64,000 nt of DNA from Eledone cirrhosa. Lineage: Eukaryota. The notes under the pieces are model-generated. The model was not told where the DNA came from. It saw nothing but the letters and a program-made list of their open reading frames with translations, and made no database searches. The position numbers and the translations under genes were made by a program. Where the stretch lies: assembly GCA_964016885.1 (NCBI GenBank), contig OZ024741.1:364498001-364562000 (forward strand). The letters are read 5' to 3'. This document shows, piece after piece, positions 1 to 14,139 of this stretch; positions within the stretch are counted from its first letter, which is position 1; every line of letters starts with the position of its first letter.

Positions 1-156
1 GGGCATATAAAACACTAGAGATGTCAAAATGTGACTATTTTGTTGTCAAATCTGCATTGTAGCAGCTTACAGTAAGCTAACATTCTTTCAACATTCAAAT
101 TGGCTCAATGCTTTGTAAAACAATTATTTCTTTATATATATATATACACACACATA

Positions 157-256
157 CAGGGTATCCCCCCAAAATGTATACACACTTGGTTACCTGTACA
201 GGTAATACTTATTAGAAAGCTGTTGAACTATATATCTATTTTTTGGGGACACCCTG
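157..256. mobile_element. Tc1/mariner-type MITE
   Basis: TA-flanked, TIRs CAGGGT(A/G)TCCCC..AAAA. Confidence 0.75.
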
Positions 257-356
257 TATATATAGCTGTTGCATAATGGTTATCACTGAAATATATATAA
301 CAGCAAATATGAATAAACAAAGTTAATTCTAACCTGTTGACTTACGCTACATGTTT

Positions 357-450
<94 letters not shown>

Positions 451-503
451 GTGGCTAAGGACAATTTATAAGATAAACATTTTCTTCTTTTGCTGTTTTA
501 TAG

Positions 504-538
504 TTAGAAGAAATTCATCGGCATCCATGGGTAACAGC
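504..538 (+). CDS. BRSK2: BRSK/SAD-1 kinase exon, end of kinase domain (LEEIHRHPWVTA), phase 0-2
   Basis: Pyrimidine tract + TAG at 501-503, donor GTGAGT at 539. The peptide matches the HPW helix that ends AMPK-family kinase domains and joins in frame to 44291. Confidence 0.9.
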
Positions 539-3002
539 GTGAGTAGATATTTCTTTCTAATAATATTCATGTCTCTCCTCTTTTCAGTCAGTCACTTAAA
601 ATATTGAGTTAAACTCTAAGTTTACTCAATTATATATACTCTCTAAATATTTCTGTATTACTATCAAACTGTTATGTATGTTGAGGATATGTTTTTTTTT
701 TGTTTTTTTTATGAAGCATCCTATTTCAGATTAAACTGATATAAATGAGACTGGATGCTGATAGGACAAAGAAAAGACATTATTATTAGACATAAAATGC
801 TTTACATTAAAGCTGGAACTGCTATTAGATATAAAATATTTTACTTGCAAACAAGGATTTCTGTTGGTTTAGGTATATAAAATGCACCCAATGAACTTAA
901 TAAAGTGATTGGTGTTATAAAAGACTTTCAGCCATAGAAAACTTGCTAAACAAAAATTCAAGAGGATTCTTCAGTTGTTTTCAGTGCATGAAAGCGTCCC
1001 TAGTGCTGGTTCCACAATAAAATGCACCCATTTCACTCTGTAAAGTGGTTTAATGCATGTAAGCAAAATGCAGGTCTTGGCCATCTTAGATAGAGGTCAG
1101 TAGCTCATATTGAGTATTGTCTTGACCTGTTCAACCTATGCCAACTTAGAAAAGCAGACATTAAATGATGATGATGATTGAAGAATACCAGACTCTAATC
1201 CTATTGACATCATTTGAAAAGGATTAAAATTTCGCCAAAATTTCTGGAAAAGTCTAATTTTTAAAGTAAGATATTAAATATCTAACTACAGTTTCAAGAC
1301 ATTTTATGCGTAATGATAAAAATGAATTTCTTTGAGCCTTATCAGCTTTAGTCTTATTTTGACCAGCTTCATTAAACTGCTTTAATCAGACTAAATTCAG
1401 GGTTTGAAAGACATTGTTATATATATATATATATATATATAAAACAAAGTTTGCCCACCCCCACCAAAAAAAAAGAAAAATTATTACACCTTGAAATATT
1501 ATTTCGAATTTAAGACATTTTCTTGCTTTCCTATATTTATTTAATTTTCTTTGATTTCAACTCTTTTTATAATTTTTACCACTTGAAAAACTTAAGACTT
1601 AATCATTTTTTTTTCTAATTTCAGACATTATTTTTACCCCCTTTTCTTTAAAAAAGTAATCCTTTTTTTCTTCATTACACTCAAAGAATTTTCAATAGAT
1701 TAATTAATTCCTTGTTATTAGTTTTAAAAATCTATCAATGAATCATATCAATAACTACAAATAATAAATAAATGCTACAATATGAGGCATTGTTTTCATA
1801 AGAAAGGAATCACTTATTGTGATTAGTGTAATCAAAATTGAAATGTTCATAGTAATTTGTATTTCTGTATAGGACATGATTTTGTAAAAAATTTTTTTGT
1901 GCATACTTTTTAGGTTGAGAAAAAGTATGTGTGGCATTCAATTTTTTTTTTGGCATTTGCAAATATTTTGAGAAATCGTTGACAACTGATGATATTCTAT
2001 TTACAACCATCATACAAGATGAATTCAGTTGTATTCAATATATATGCTGCATGATTAAAAATACTGGCAGTTGATTGGTTCATCATGAAGCTCAGGGGAG
2101 GAAGAGTGGAATACTAGAGCTCTCCTCTTTTTCTCCTGAATGAACCAATCAGTACTGTAATCAAAATAATTACACTAAACTAGATATATTCATGATATGC
2201 AATGATGTTAGATTGTAATAAATATTATGCACTTCTCAATATCAAACAGATTTAGTATATTCTTTTAAGATAAATGTTATATAGTTAAAATCCCTACACA
2301 ATTTTGCAAATCTTACTTCACACATTATTCTTAATTTTCATTTTAGTTTCATATAATAGAAACAAAATTATGTTCATTTATGTCTGATTTATCATTCTGA
2401 TTACAAAAGATTGATTCTTAATTTTGAAGTTTTAAGTTCAATAACTTAATAATTTAAAGTTATTTATAGGCAGTGAAATGGCAGTCATTAGAACTTTGGA
2501 TTAAATGCCTTGGAATTTGTTTAGGCTTTCTACACTCTGAAGTCAGATCCCTTTGAGGTCAACTTTGTCTTTCATTCTTTTGGGGATTGATAAATAAAGT
2601 CCCCTTCAAGGGCAGCAGACTGATAGAATTGTCAAAGAACTGGGCAGAATACTTTGCAGTATCTGATCTGGCACTATGCATTCTGAGTAAAAATCCCACC
2701 TCTTTTTGCTAGGTGTTGCAATCAGCAGATACTATTAGAAATTGGAAGACCAATGGAAACAGTTTCCTTTATTTGATTTAATGATGAATGGCTCCTTTTT
2801 TTTTTTCATTGATTATTCTTTGCAAAGAAAAGAATAGCCAATGAGAAATGACTTTACATTAAATAAAAAATTCTAGCTAAAGTAAAAAATGAAGTTTCTC
2901 ATTTTTGCATGATCTGGGCCAAGACAATGGTTGCAGATATTCAACATAGAGAAATATGTAAGAATGCCACTAACTCATTGGTGGATTTTCCATACACATA
3001 TA

Positions 3003-3883
3003 CAGAATATGGCAAAGAAAAACCTACTAGATATTAAAGGTTAGCAAAAAGGATATGGTAAATGCTATTTAAAATCCTATTTATATTATTTAAAAATGCA
3101 TAGAATGCAGTTTATTCTCAGTTGATTTTGAATATGAAATCATCCAGATGATGGTTTTCATTCTTGATGTTCATTTGTAGTCAATTTCTGAAGTTTTGCA
3201 TCACTCTGCTGGTCATTTCCAGCACTATACTGCAATTTCTTAGCATATTGTTTTTGGCCTTCTGTTCATTAATGGTTTTTGGTCAATGTTTGTAGAGCCC
3301 AGCTTTCAGATGACCTCAAAGAAAAAGGTCACAAGGATTATAAGGGTTTAAATTAGGTGATTGTGTAACCCACTGAACATCATCCCATAATCAGAAACAG
3401 TTCTCACAAAAAACCTTCATTTATATTCTTCCCATGTGAGCAGTAGCCCCATCCTGTTGAAATCACATATCTGCATTTCCAAATTTGGTTGGCTTTGATT
3501 CCAAGTTCATAACACCTTCACACACCAATGTAAAGTTATTGTAATTGTTTTACCATCCTCCTCAAAAAGGTAAAGGCCATAAACACCAAAGTCTTGTAAC
3601 AATATGACAGTCATAGTATCATTGTGTTGAATAAATGATTCAATGATGAACATATGGTCCACACTTGTCCAATTCATGACCAGTTCTGAAATAAAATATT
3701 GAAAATATTCAAGTAATTATTCAACACAGAACAGATTTGAGTTTATTAGTTATGTAAGATCAAAATCAATTGAAAATAAATTGCATATTATGCAATTAAA
3801 TTTATGTAATAAAATTTTGAATAGCATTTACCATATCTTTTCTGTTAACCATTAAAATCTGGAAGGTTTTTTGATGAACTCTA
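3003..3883 (-). mobile_element. Decayed, internally deleted Tc1/mariner-superfamily transposon
   Basis: Long imperfect TIRs (ggatatggtaaatgctatt / aatagcatttaccatatc). Minus strand retains FQQDGAT and SPNLNP..CDLFL*GHLK transposase remnants. Confidence 0.75.
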
Positions 3884-4789
3884 AATGTGGCTGAAATTTA
3901 AATATTTTCCTGTATTCTCAACACCATCATATTTGTTTAATAATTATTTTTTTGGCAATTTTAGCCATGTATGTGAACTCTGGGACAATGGCAGCAAAGA
4001 TTCAATATAGAGAGTCACATAGGGATGTCACAGATACATTGGTAGACCTCTATAAATACATATATTGTTCAGATCAAAATATATTCCTAGTGGTTAAGGT
4101 GTTGGGCAATGCACTGTGTCTTTGAACAAAACACTTCATGTTTCTCCTGTCAACACAGCTAAAAGTGAGTACCAGCAACATCAGCTGGGTTAACTCTGCA
4201 ATGTATTTATGTCCTGTCGAAGGGGGAAGTTTTATACTCCTAGTCACTTAATGCCAATGAAACTCGTATAAGCTTCAGCCTGATACACCTCCAGGTTTGG
4301 GACAGATTTAACCTTTTATTTTATTCCCTATACCATCATGTTAACTTAATTATTTTCTATAAATTTTGTTTATATTGTCTGTAAATTAAAATGATAAATT
4401 TATCATGATTAGCAGTAAAAAAAAAACAAAAAAACAATCAGAAATAGATAGATTTCTATTTAAAAATCAGAAATAGATAGATTCATTTTAAGCAGTGAGT
4501 TATTAGGACATTGAATTAAATGCCTCAGTATTTGTACCAGCTCTCTGTGCTCTGAGTTCAAATCCATTCAGTGGTGATGGATTGGTGGAGTTGTTAAAAT
4601 GTCTTGGATGAGATGTTTTTGCAGAATCTGTTTTGGCTGTGTATTCTGATTTCAAATCCCACCTCTTGTAACCTGAAAGATAGTGAGGCTCCTTCCAGGA
4701 GTTGTAACCAATAGATAGTATCAGCAATGGAAAAACCAGTGGAAACATTGGTCTGTTGTGATTATCTAGTACATAGAATAATATACAAA

Positions 4790-5860
4790 TGTCAGGGAAG
4801 TGAATAGTGTATGAGTCATGATATACATGTATGTATGTGTATGGAGGAGGAATATTAGGTGTAGTGTTGGCGAATCTCAGGAAGCATGGAGGTTTTAAAG
4901 GATGCAGTGTCTCGACAGCTAATAACTGATGCAGGTAGTTTGTTCCATGCTTCAGCAACTCTGAGCGTGAAAAATGTTTCCGAAAGTCATGGGAGCTGTG
5001 CTGTTTTCTGACTTTGTGGGCATGCCCACATGTGCTAGACACATGGAAATCAAAAAGGTACTCAGGGTTGTTGGCAAGATGGTTATTCATTTTGTGGGTG
5101 TTTACCAAGTCAGTTGCCAGACGTCGGAGCTTCAATGTATCCATGCCCAGGGAAGAAAGGCATTCAGAGTATAGTAGATGCCTGATGGAGGGTATTTGCT
5201 TGGTTGCATGTCTCTGAACAGTTTCTAGGAGGTCAATGTTCTGAGCAAGATAGGGGTTCCTGACTGGTGATGCAAATTCTAAGTGTGGCCGCACCATAGC
5301 TATGTACAGCTTTAAATAGATAGCTGGAGAGCGGCTGACAAAGGTCTTGCTGAGTGATGCTAAGACATCCTCGGCCTTCTTGACAATTTTAGAGACGTGC
5401 TTCGTCCAACGCAAATCGCTGCTGACCGTAATGCCTAGGTCACGTTCACAAGAAGACTTCTGGATATTAGTCTTGTGGAGGGAGTATGTGGACGCTGGGT
5501 TTTTACTCCCAAAATGCATGGTGGTGCACTTGTCCACAGCTAGCTTGAGTTGCCAGTCTGTGATCCATTGTTGCATTGTGTCCAGGTCAGATTGCAGGCA
5601 AGATCTATAGTGTTCAGGAACTGTCCTTTTATCTCAAGGTACAGCTTGATGTCATCTGCATATTTCAGTACTGTGGCATTCTTTAAGTTGGCATCTATGT
5701 CATTAATATATAAACAAAAGGGGGCCAAGAACAGATCCCTGTGGTACACCAGATGACATCTCATTTGGTGAGAAATGCTGTCCTAGAACCATGACTACCT
5801 CTCTTCAACTGAGAATGAAGGACTTCAACCAGTTAAAAAGATCATCCTTCACACCCATTT
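4790..5860 (-). mobile_element. 5'-truncated CR1/L2-group LINE, RT C-terminal half, frameshifted
   Basis: ORFs 5540..5764 (LKYADDIKLY) and 4503..5576 (KCTTMHFG, ERDLGITVSSDL, VRPHLEFA, LETVQRHATK). Confidence 0.9.
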
Positions 5861-7343
5861 GAGTTAAAGCTGATTTTGTTTTGTAGTTGAGGTCTCCAGC
5901 ATTGTTAATTAGTCAGAGATTTATGAGGGCATTTTCCATTTGTTGTCAACAATAATGCTGTGCTGTGTTCATATGAACTAGTAATGCATATATGTTAAAT
6001 ATATTACATTTGTAAGTAATTTCTTTTTTCGTTAGATTTTGATAATGAATGGACAGAATCAGGATATACAAAAATAATTGTTCTGCACATGTCAGTGTAA
6101 TAGTAGCATTTGTCTTTACTGTGAAACCCTATTCTCACAACAACACTACAAGTATTTTAAGGCCATTTTCCTTACTAAAGCAGGGGTATGCCTTGTGGGC
6201 CCCATAACAGACTTAATAATACTCATCATAGGGTCTTTATTGAGCAATTTACATTCCATTTGGAATATGGTATGGAAATATATTTTGAATGGAATGTAAA
6301 CTTGCCCAAGGTGCATTAAATTTGATACTGGTTTTTCATCTTAGTGACTTCTAAAAGTAACAACTATACTATCACAGAAGCAACAAGGCCATTTTCTCCT
6401 GCTAAAGCAGGAATTAACATTGGAAGCCCCATGAAAAGCATCATTCTGATCATAGGCCCTTCTTGAAGCATTTTTCTTTCTAGCCAGATGCCTTCCTATC
6501 ACTAACATTTTTAGTCTTATTTTATGACATGCAAGAAGATAGTGTACCCATTCTAAACCAGATACATTCAGCAAAATAACTATATTATAGATTCAATCAA
6601 AAGAGGTACTAGCAGATGAATCTTTCTTATGGTATATGCTCTCTATCATGTTTTTCTCTCTCTCTATCTTTCTTACATACTTAGCATTTTATATGGCATT
6701 TGAGCTATAAATTTGCACTATGTTCTTGTTAGAAGTGATCTATTAAAAGTGACATATAGAGAACGTTTTGAAATTGGTTTCTTTCATGTTTGTTATAAAG
6801 AAGTGTAAATTGAAATTGAAAATATAGTTGCTCCAATGCAGATAACTATAATAGTTGATCTCTATAAATAATAGTTTTAAAAATAGGGTAAAGTACCCTT
6901 GGAAATGGAAATATTTTGTAAATTGACCAGATGTTTATGTGTAAATTAATTTTATTTGGTACAAAATAGCTCAAGATAGGGACTATTTTAATTAGTTTAT
7001 CATAATGGCTTAAATACTTTTCTTTTATGGTGGTTGTTAGTCATTGAAAACTAAATTTCTATTGACTGATTTATTAGAGCATCTGACAAAATGTTTTGCA
7101 GTATTTAGTTATGGCTCTTTACATTCCAAATTCAAATACAGCTGAGGTCAACTTTGCTTTTCATTGTTTCAGAGTTGCTAAAATAAGCTACCACATAAGT
7201 ACTGGGGTCATTGTAATCAACTTTCCCCTGGTCCCAAATTGTTGCCTAAGTGAGAAATTATATTTTTCGTATCTTTGTATATATTCCTCAATGTTCATAC
7301 ACACACATATTTTCATACATATGTATATTAGTTTCCTCTGCAG

Positions 7344-7358
7344 GTGTGTATTTTCTGG
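7344..7358 (+). CDS. Candidate 15-nt symmetric phase-2 microexon (CVFSG)
   Basis: tttcctctgcAG|GTGTGTATTTTCTGG|GTGAGC. Frame-preserving, no stop. Confidence 0.5.
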
Positions 7359-8605
7359 GTGAGCTAGTTGAACACTGTGCACCCACAGAAAATCATAAAT
7401 TCTCTTTATGATAATTCTGTTCTTGATATCTAATTTGGCCATAATTTATTTTAAAGAATCAAAACTTAAGTCAGATCAAAGTCATAATATGCTTTAAAAT
7501 AGTCTAAATCCTGCCTTAGACAAGCACTTTTCAAGAACAAATCCATGATTAACCATGATTGAAGGAGGCCATTAAGTATGTTACTATGTTACTTCATTTA
7601 TGTCTTTATTTAATTAAATCTTTAATGTCCAACAACCCCAAGATGAATAAATGAAAATTAAACCCATAGTGTACCATATTCTGATATATCTTAAAAGGTT
7701 TGGTTCTTTTATTAAAAAAAAATAACGCAAACATTCTCATTGAAAATATAAACATATATTTTAAATATAAATACTAGAACAAAGTAGTGTAGTTTATATG
7801 AGGCATTGTAAAATGTGTGGTTAGGGATATTTGGGAAATCCAGTTAAATGCAAGTTAGAAATAAGAAATGAAAATGCAAAGGAGTTCAACTTACCATTAC
7901 CATGACACTCCATTTTCTTTCTTTTGAAATTTAGTCACTTCTTGCTCCTTTTACTGACCTTGGCTTTTGTTTTTTCTTTGAACTGTTGCTTAGAAGATTT
8001 CATGCATTTTTTTAATCACCAGATGGTGACCTTTGTCTATTCAGTTTATGTTGACTGAACTGTTAGTCTTGAAATTCTATTTGAACTTGAGAAATAAACT
8101 TAGATTTTCTATTTTGAGGACGAGAGTTAGAGCATTTGACATTTCTAATGACCATGTAACATTTAAACCAGAGATGCCCAAACATTTTAGACTATCAATC
8201 CCTTCATGGAATCCTTGACCCCTTACCAACTCTTACAAAAATAAATAAGTATATTATTATATCAGTAAACAAAAATGTTTACTGATATAATGTATTATTT
8301 TATATATTTTCATTTCATATACAAATGTCAGATGTTTTGTTCAAATGTTCGATTGACTCATCGAATAGTCTCATCCACCCCTGGGGGCTAATATCAACCA
8401 CTTTGGAGATCCTTGATTTAGACTTTTTACTGCAAGTATGGAATAGTAATTCTTTCAAAGATTCTTTGTATGAACTGACTGAACTGGTCAGCTACAATCA
8501 TTGAACTCACTTGTTAACATTTGATATTATACCTTGGTCAAGTATCTTCAATTTACTCCTTGGTGTTTTAGAAGTCATTCATTGCTGTCACTTCATTTGT
8601 GCCAG

Positions 8606-8650
8606 GTGGAATATAGTTGGCAGTAAACATCACAGAAGAAACCTCACAAG
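8606..8650 (+). CDS. Candidate 45-nt symmetric phase-2 cassette exon (WNIVGSKHHRRNLTR)
   Basis: cttcatttgtgccAG acceptor, AAG|GTAAAT donor, open in host frame. Downstream ACTAAC x3 and TGCATG. Confidence 0.6.
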
Positions 8651-9560
8651 GTAAATAGAAAGAGTGAAAACTTAATGAACTAACATTCTAGGTGTGGGCT
8701 GCATGGTTTTGGTATAATTTCAGTGTTCATAATTCTAATATTACAGAAGAAAATATGTCACAGCTACTAACTTACCATTAGTCTCTTTTGAGTAGTCTAA
8801 ATGAAAGATATGACAAACTTATAAAACTATTTACCCTGAACATAAACTAACAGCTTCAAACAATAATGAGTTTGCTGTCAACCACAAAATTACATTGACA
8901 TGGACAGTTTTCTGTTAAAAAGAACATCTTTTGAAATCCAATTGAATAGCAATGAAAGTCAAAGCTAATATATATATGTACATAAATTTATCGAACCAGA
9001 CAAATTGAATTTGTCTAAGCTCACTGAATTTCCATTTGTTCTGTGATTTTACAGAATTTGTATTTAGTAAATACAAGTCCTGTATATCAAAGCACACACA
9101 CTATGAGTTAGTTAGTGGTAAAAACGGTGTTGTGTCGGAGCGCAATAATTTTCGTCCCCGGACTACTTGGTTTCATTATTGCACCCATATATATATATAT
9201 ATAACATTTACATTTTCCCTATATAAATTAGATTATGACATTTAGTTGCAAAGGTAACTTAAAAAATTAAAGTATTTCAAAACCATATCATGAAATTTAT
9301 TCCTTGTAAACCTAACTGATAGGGTTAGAAAATGACACAACAACCAATTTTCAATTAAAACTCGTTTGGTTGCATCACATGCTCAACTTGTAGTCTCATG
9401 AATATTTATCTAGAGTGTATGATACCTGGAAAGAGAAATTGAGGATTCTCCCACGTTAGATGGAGAGACCAGATCGCAAAACAGCCTCAATGTCAATCAA
9501 TGAGGAGAACTCAATGCAATGACAACAAACTGAGATGAAAGCTTACAAATGAAAAACTGC

Positions 9561-9597
<37 letters not shown>

Positions 9598-10029
9598 ATC
9601 TGTATTTACTATTCACCGTTTAAGGGTTAGTCTACCTTATAGCCCCAATGGACAGGCTGGAGACAACATTCTCACAGAGGATGGTGAAGGAGATGTGCAG
9701 GACTAGCCACTCCACCATGCGGGGCTCACACGGGTAGCCAATTCCATACAGGAAAATATGTTCACAATGTTTCATACTCTATCAGAAATGAAATAATGAT
9801 TGAGAAAGAAAAAAGTGAAAGCTAGGAAAGACATGGGGTTATAGTACTGAGCTGGAGATATTAGTGCTTAGCATCAAATAATGTGCAACAATCTCAAAAA
9901 TTTACATTAGGTAGTCAGTGTGTGGTAAAGAACTTGTTTGTTTCCTACAAACTTGAAATGACAACCTATTAATTGGGTTCCATGGGATTCCTAGATGTTC
10001 TTACCAGTAGCATTAGTGTCCCCAGAGTA

Positions 10030-10500
10030 ATTTAACATTCATCTTCCATGTTGGTATGGGTTGGACAGATTGTCAGGGTCAATGTCATCATGCACATTCA
10101 GTAAAAGAAAAAATTCTTTTGCTTTGGTCTTGCATTACAGACTCGGTTTATTTCATCATGTCATCAGCGCTCAAGAGTTTGTTCCATATAGGAGGACTAA
10201 GGGGGTCTTTTTATCTTGCATCAGTTCATATTCAGAGTTACTGCTCTCCTCAATTAGAAGCCTGCAGTTTGTCTGGCAGAATCTATGTCTCACTTGTACA
10301 TTCAATTTTGACAACTTTTCTTTGGCTGTATGCTCTTTCTATTCCCCAAACGCTTTATGGAATGCAACAGGTGCATTCTATCACACCATTGACTCTAGAG
10401 AAGTTCTCTCACGTGAAGAAGACTAAAAAGTAGCCTCAATACTGAACAAGTTCTTATTTTGAGTTACTGCACTCCTATACAGGTAACATGTGATATGTCT
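10030..10500 (-). mobile_element. Old RTE-like LINE RT fragment
   Basis: Minus strand gives a degenerate LLSADDM (YADD-like) region. Boundaries approximate. Confidence 0.4.
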
Positions 10501-11399
10501 TCTTCATATGTACACACACATACAGACTCATGCATATATATCATATCGTCCTATATATATAAACACTGGCTGCATGTGTGGCTATCCTTTGTGTGATCAT
10601 TAGCACTTTTTCTAACATTAACTAGCAAAAATATATATTACAGCTCTAATTCTACTCATATGTCTTGCTAAATAGGTTAATCCCAATTTCTACAAAGAGT
10701 GTATATGAAAGAGAGAGAGAAAGAGAGAGTTTTAAACATGGGTGCTTTATAAATACATTTAATGATAAAGTAAATTTTTTGTTTAATTTTCTCTATTTTG
10801 CATGTTTCTCAGCCTCTGGTTTTTTTTAAAGTTCTAACATTACTAGCATATATATATATAGTGTCATTAAGTTTCTAACATCTCATTTATCTAAAATATT
10901 TCTATGATTGAAGAATTATTTATTGATTGGCATATCTCAACTTTGAATTTTTTTTCTACCTTGTATTGTTTCCATTTGTTCATTCTTTAACACAATGCAC
11001 ACCTTCACTAGACACTAGAATCTTTCCTTAAAAGAGCAGGGCCTCCTCGATGTTATGCTGTCTTCAAAAGTTTCTTTTTCTTTTTTTTTTTGGTGGGGGT
11101 CATAGTTTTTACAGTTGGATACTATATCCATATGTAGACAGTGACATACATACTAAAAGTAGTAGGGCTTATATTGTCAGGTCTAGGGTGGGAAACCAAC
11201 TAAAAAGATGTTCTTGTCTTGTGCTTAACTCTTGATGTTCTGTGCCACATAAAACTCCATTAGCAAGACACACTTTAAAAATACAAAACAGCACTATATC
11301 ACATCACATTAGAAATTAAATTCTTTACACTAATACTTCAAATTTTCACAATGATCTGTCCACTAGGAAAGATACTATAAACATTTAAATTAATAATAG

Positions 11400-11545
11400 A
11401 AGGCGCATGGCTTAGTGGTTAGAGCATTGGGCTTGCAATCGAAAGGTTATGAGTTCAATTCTCAGACCGGGTGATGTGTTGTTTCCTTGAACAAGACACT
11501 TTATTTCACATTGCTCCAGTTTACTCAGCTGTAGAAATGAGATGA
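11400..11545 (+). mobile_element. tRNA-derived SINE with CORE-like central domain (related copies about 4085, 20740-, 46923, 47815-, 55075-)
   Basis: A box TGGCTTAGTGG and B box GAGTTCAATTC, followed by tccttgaacaagacacttt. Confidence 0.8.
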
Positions 11546-11816
11546 TAGGGACTGGAGTCCATATCATTCCACTGCAAAGTGGTTGTGGAGGTGCCACGAA
11601 AAAAAAAAAGCACCCAGAACTCACTGTAAATGAGGTTGGTGTTAGGAAGGGCATCCAGCTGTAGAAATCAAGCCAGAATCAGTTCTCGTCCCACCCTTGC
11701 AAGCAGGGAATAGCAGACGTAAATTGATGATGATGATGATGATGAAGCCCATTTTTAGATATTTTTTGCTAAATCATTATAGGATGTTAAGAGTTAATCA
11801 TTGGTATTGAAATAAT

Positions 11817-12007
11817 TGTTCCTATTTTTGGCACAAGGCCAGCAATAACCCCCAGTGCATTACTGGTGCTTTATTTTATCGATCAACCGTAAGGATGAAA
11901 GGCAAAGCTAACCTTGGCGGGATGTGAACTCAGACCGTAAAGGGGCATAACTCGATGCTGCAAAGCATGGTGTCCAACCCTCTACCAATACTGCCAATCC
12001 ACTGGCC
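11817..12007 (-). mobile_element. Young tRNA-derived SINE (family also at about 16525, 40555, 49638, 59598, 61843, 62522)
   Basis: Shared core gagttcaaatcccgccgaggt.aactttgcctttcatcc..cggggtcgataaaataaagtacc. TSD ttggtatt(g/a)aaataat at 11801-11816 and 12008-12023. Confidence 0.85.
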
Positions 12008-14057
12008 TTGGTATTAAAATAATAGCAATAAAAACCCGACAGGTAACAAACTGGCAGTTGTTACAATATTGGATTAAATGCCTCAATATTTGTTTTGAAT
12101 CTCTGCCCTTTGAGTTGAAATTCTGATGAGGTCAACTTGGTCTTTCATCCTTTTGTGTTTGATAAATAAAAGTAACAATCCAGTGGCAGCGAATTAGTGG
12201 AATTATTAATGTGTCAAATAGGATACTTTGTAGTATCTGTTTTAGCTCTGTACTTTCTGAGTTCGGATCTTGCCTTCTATCACTGGAAAAGCCTTGATGC
12301 TTCTGCTAAGAGTGTCACCGGCAGATAATATCAGCAATAGCTATCAAATTCATATAGACGGTGATGATCATCATTGGTTTATGTCTATTTTCCATGGTAG
12401 CATGAGTTAGATGGGTTGTCATGTTCTGAGGCGAGATAAGTCAGATAACTGCATCTTGCTCATACCTTCAATTTGAGCATGCTTTCTATGGCTGGATGCC
12501 CTTTTTAGGACGAATAATTTCATAGTGTGTACTGAACGAATTTCATCATGACACAACCCCTGCCACTTATTTTGTCTACTTCTTCTCCTCCTTGAGAGGG
12601 ACATAGAGACAGATTTTTTATATTAAATATATTTAACTTGTATAAAAAATTTTTTTCTTTTTTTTAATCTTTTCTTTCTGTAAACATATTTTATGCATTT
12701 GAAAAAGGTAATATTTTATATTTCTATGCAAAATATGTTAAATATTCTTTTTTCTCATTCTTTTACTAGTTTCAGTCATTAGACTATGCTGCAGTTACCC
12801 CCTTGAAAGGATATTTTCAATCATGTTTACCTCAGTACTATTTTTTTTTCAAATCTGATGCATATTTTGTCTGTCTCTTTTTGTTAAAATGTTATGGGAT
12901 ATATACCATATTGTAGAATTTACCATTTCAGAAATTAAATGTTATTAGATAGACTAAAAAAAAAAAAAAAAATCAAAAATTATATATTTGCTCATATTTA
13001 TCAAAATAGATAATAGCATTTTTAAAAACAGACAATCATATATATACAAGTATATATAGTCTGAAGAGGCTTATTACAACCGAGACTTTGAAATCACCGG
13101 CAAGATTTTCTTTGAAAAATTAAATTGATACGTTTCTCATATGGCGTCATAAACATAGATACACTTACACACATATATGATGGTCTTCTGTCTACCAAAT
13201 TTTACTCACAGGATGTTAAATGATGATGTTGATGGTAGGTGCATGTATCTAAGTTTACATTTACTGTTTATGTCTCATAACTTAACAATTCAACAAAAAG
13301 GATATTGACAAAATAATTATTAGACCTGAAAAAAATAAGCACTGGTGTTGACATGATGGAATAGGCCCCTTCAAAGCAGTACCCCAACATGACCACAGTG
13401 CATTGACTGAAACCAGTAAAAAAAAAATCTATGCAGTATATCTGCAATATATTGTTTCATTGTATTTTTAGATCCTGTACATACATATTTATGGCTATGT
13501 GTATTTTGATTTTGCTTTTCAAAGTTCACTCAATCTTTTCTTTGTTATTCCAACATGGAAAGTAGTGACCTTTAACTTAAAGTGATTTTATACAACCCAA
13601 ATATAGCTTTCTTACAATCTATATTATCAACAATTATGGATACTGGCATGTTTGAATGGTTGAGAAGTTTGTTTCGCAATCATCAGGTCCTGGGTTCCAG
13701 CCCATAGTCTTGGGCAAATACCTGGGTTAACCTAAACCTTTTAAGTGAAATTGGGTAGACATACAGTGTGGCTGAATGGTTAAGGAGGTCATTTTACAAC
13801 CATTAGGTCTCAGGTTTGAGGGATTTAGTAATAATATTTTCTCATTATTTGGTTGGTGTTTGGACCATAACTTAACAAAGGTTCTAAAAAGAAAATTAAG
13901 ATGGAAAGTTTTTAGATAATTATAAACACTTTAAAATATACAATTTTCTATCATAAAATCAGTGTCAGTTTCAGACCAATGTATTCATATTTCAATTCAA
14001 CCAAATTCTTGACGTTTTTCAAAATTAATTGAAATACATAACCAGTGCAATTGTGTG

Positions 14058-14139
<82 letters not shown>

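Noticed and set aside
63-71. 9-nt AG|CAGCTTACA|GTAAGC segment (QLT), phase-compatible with exon 504
   Set aside because: It would insert into the folded kinase C-lobe, the upstream exon is outside the window, and I have no supporting evidence.
8023-8025. 3-nt microexon cAG|ATG|GTGACC
   Set aside because: Weak donor, and it creates TGA when joined to the constitutive exon.
10813-10830. 18-nt frame-preserving segment (LWFFLK) near TGCATG/CTAAC motifs
   Set aside because: Donor GTTCTA is too far from consensus to call. Worth including only in a junction screen.
11400-11475. tRNA-like sequences with A/B boxes
   Set aside because: They are SINE heads continuing into repeat bodies, not tRNA genes.
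13061-13087. CTGAAGA-GG...CC-GAGA hammerhead-like string
   Set aside because: GAAA is mutated and there is no convincing stem I or III.
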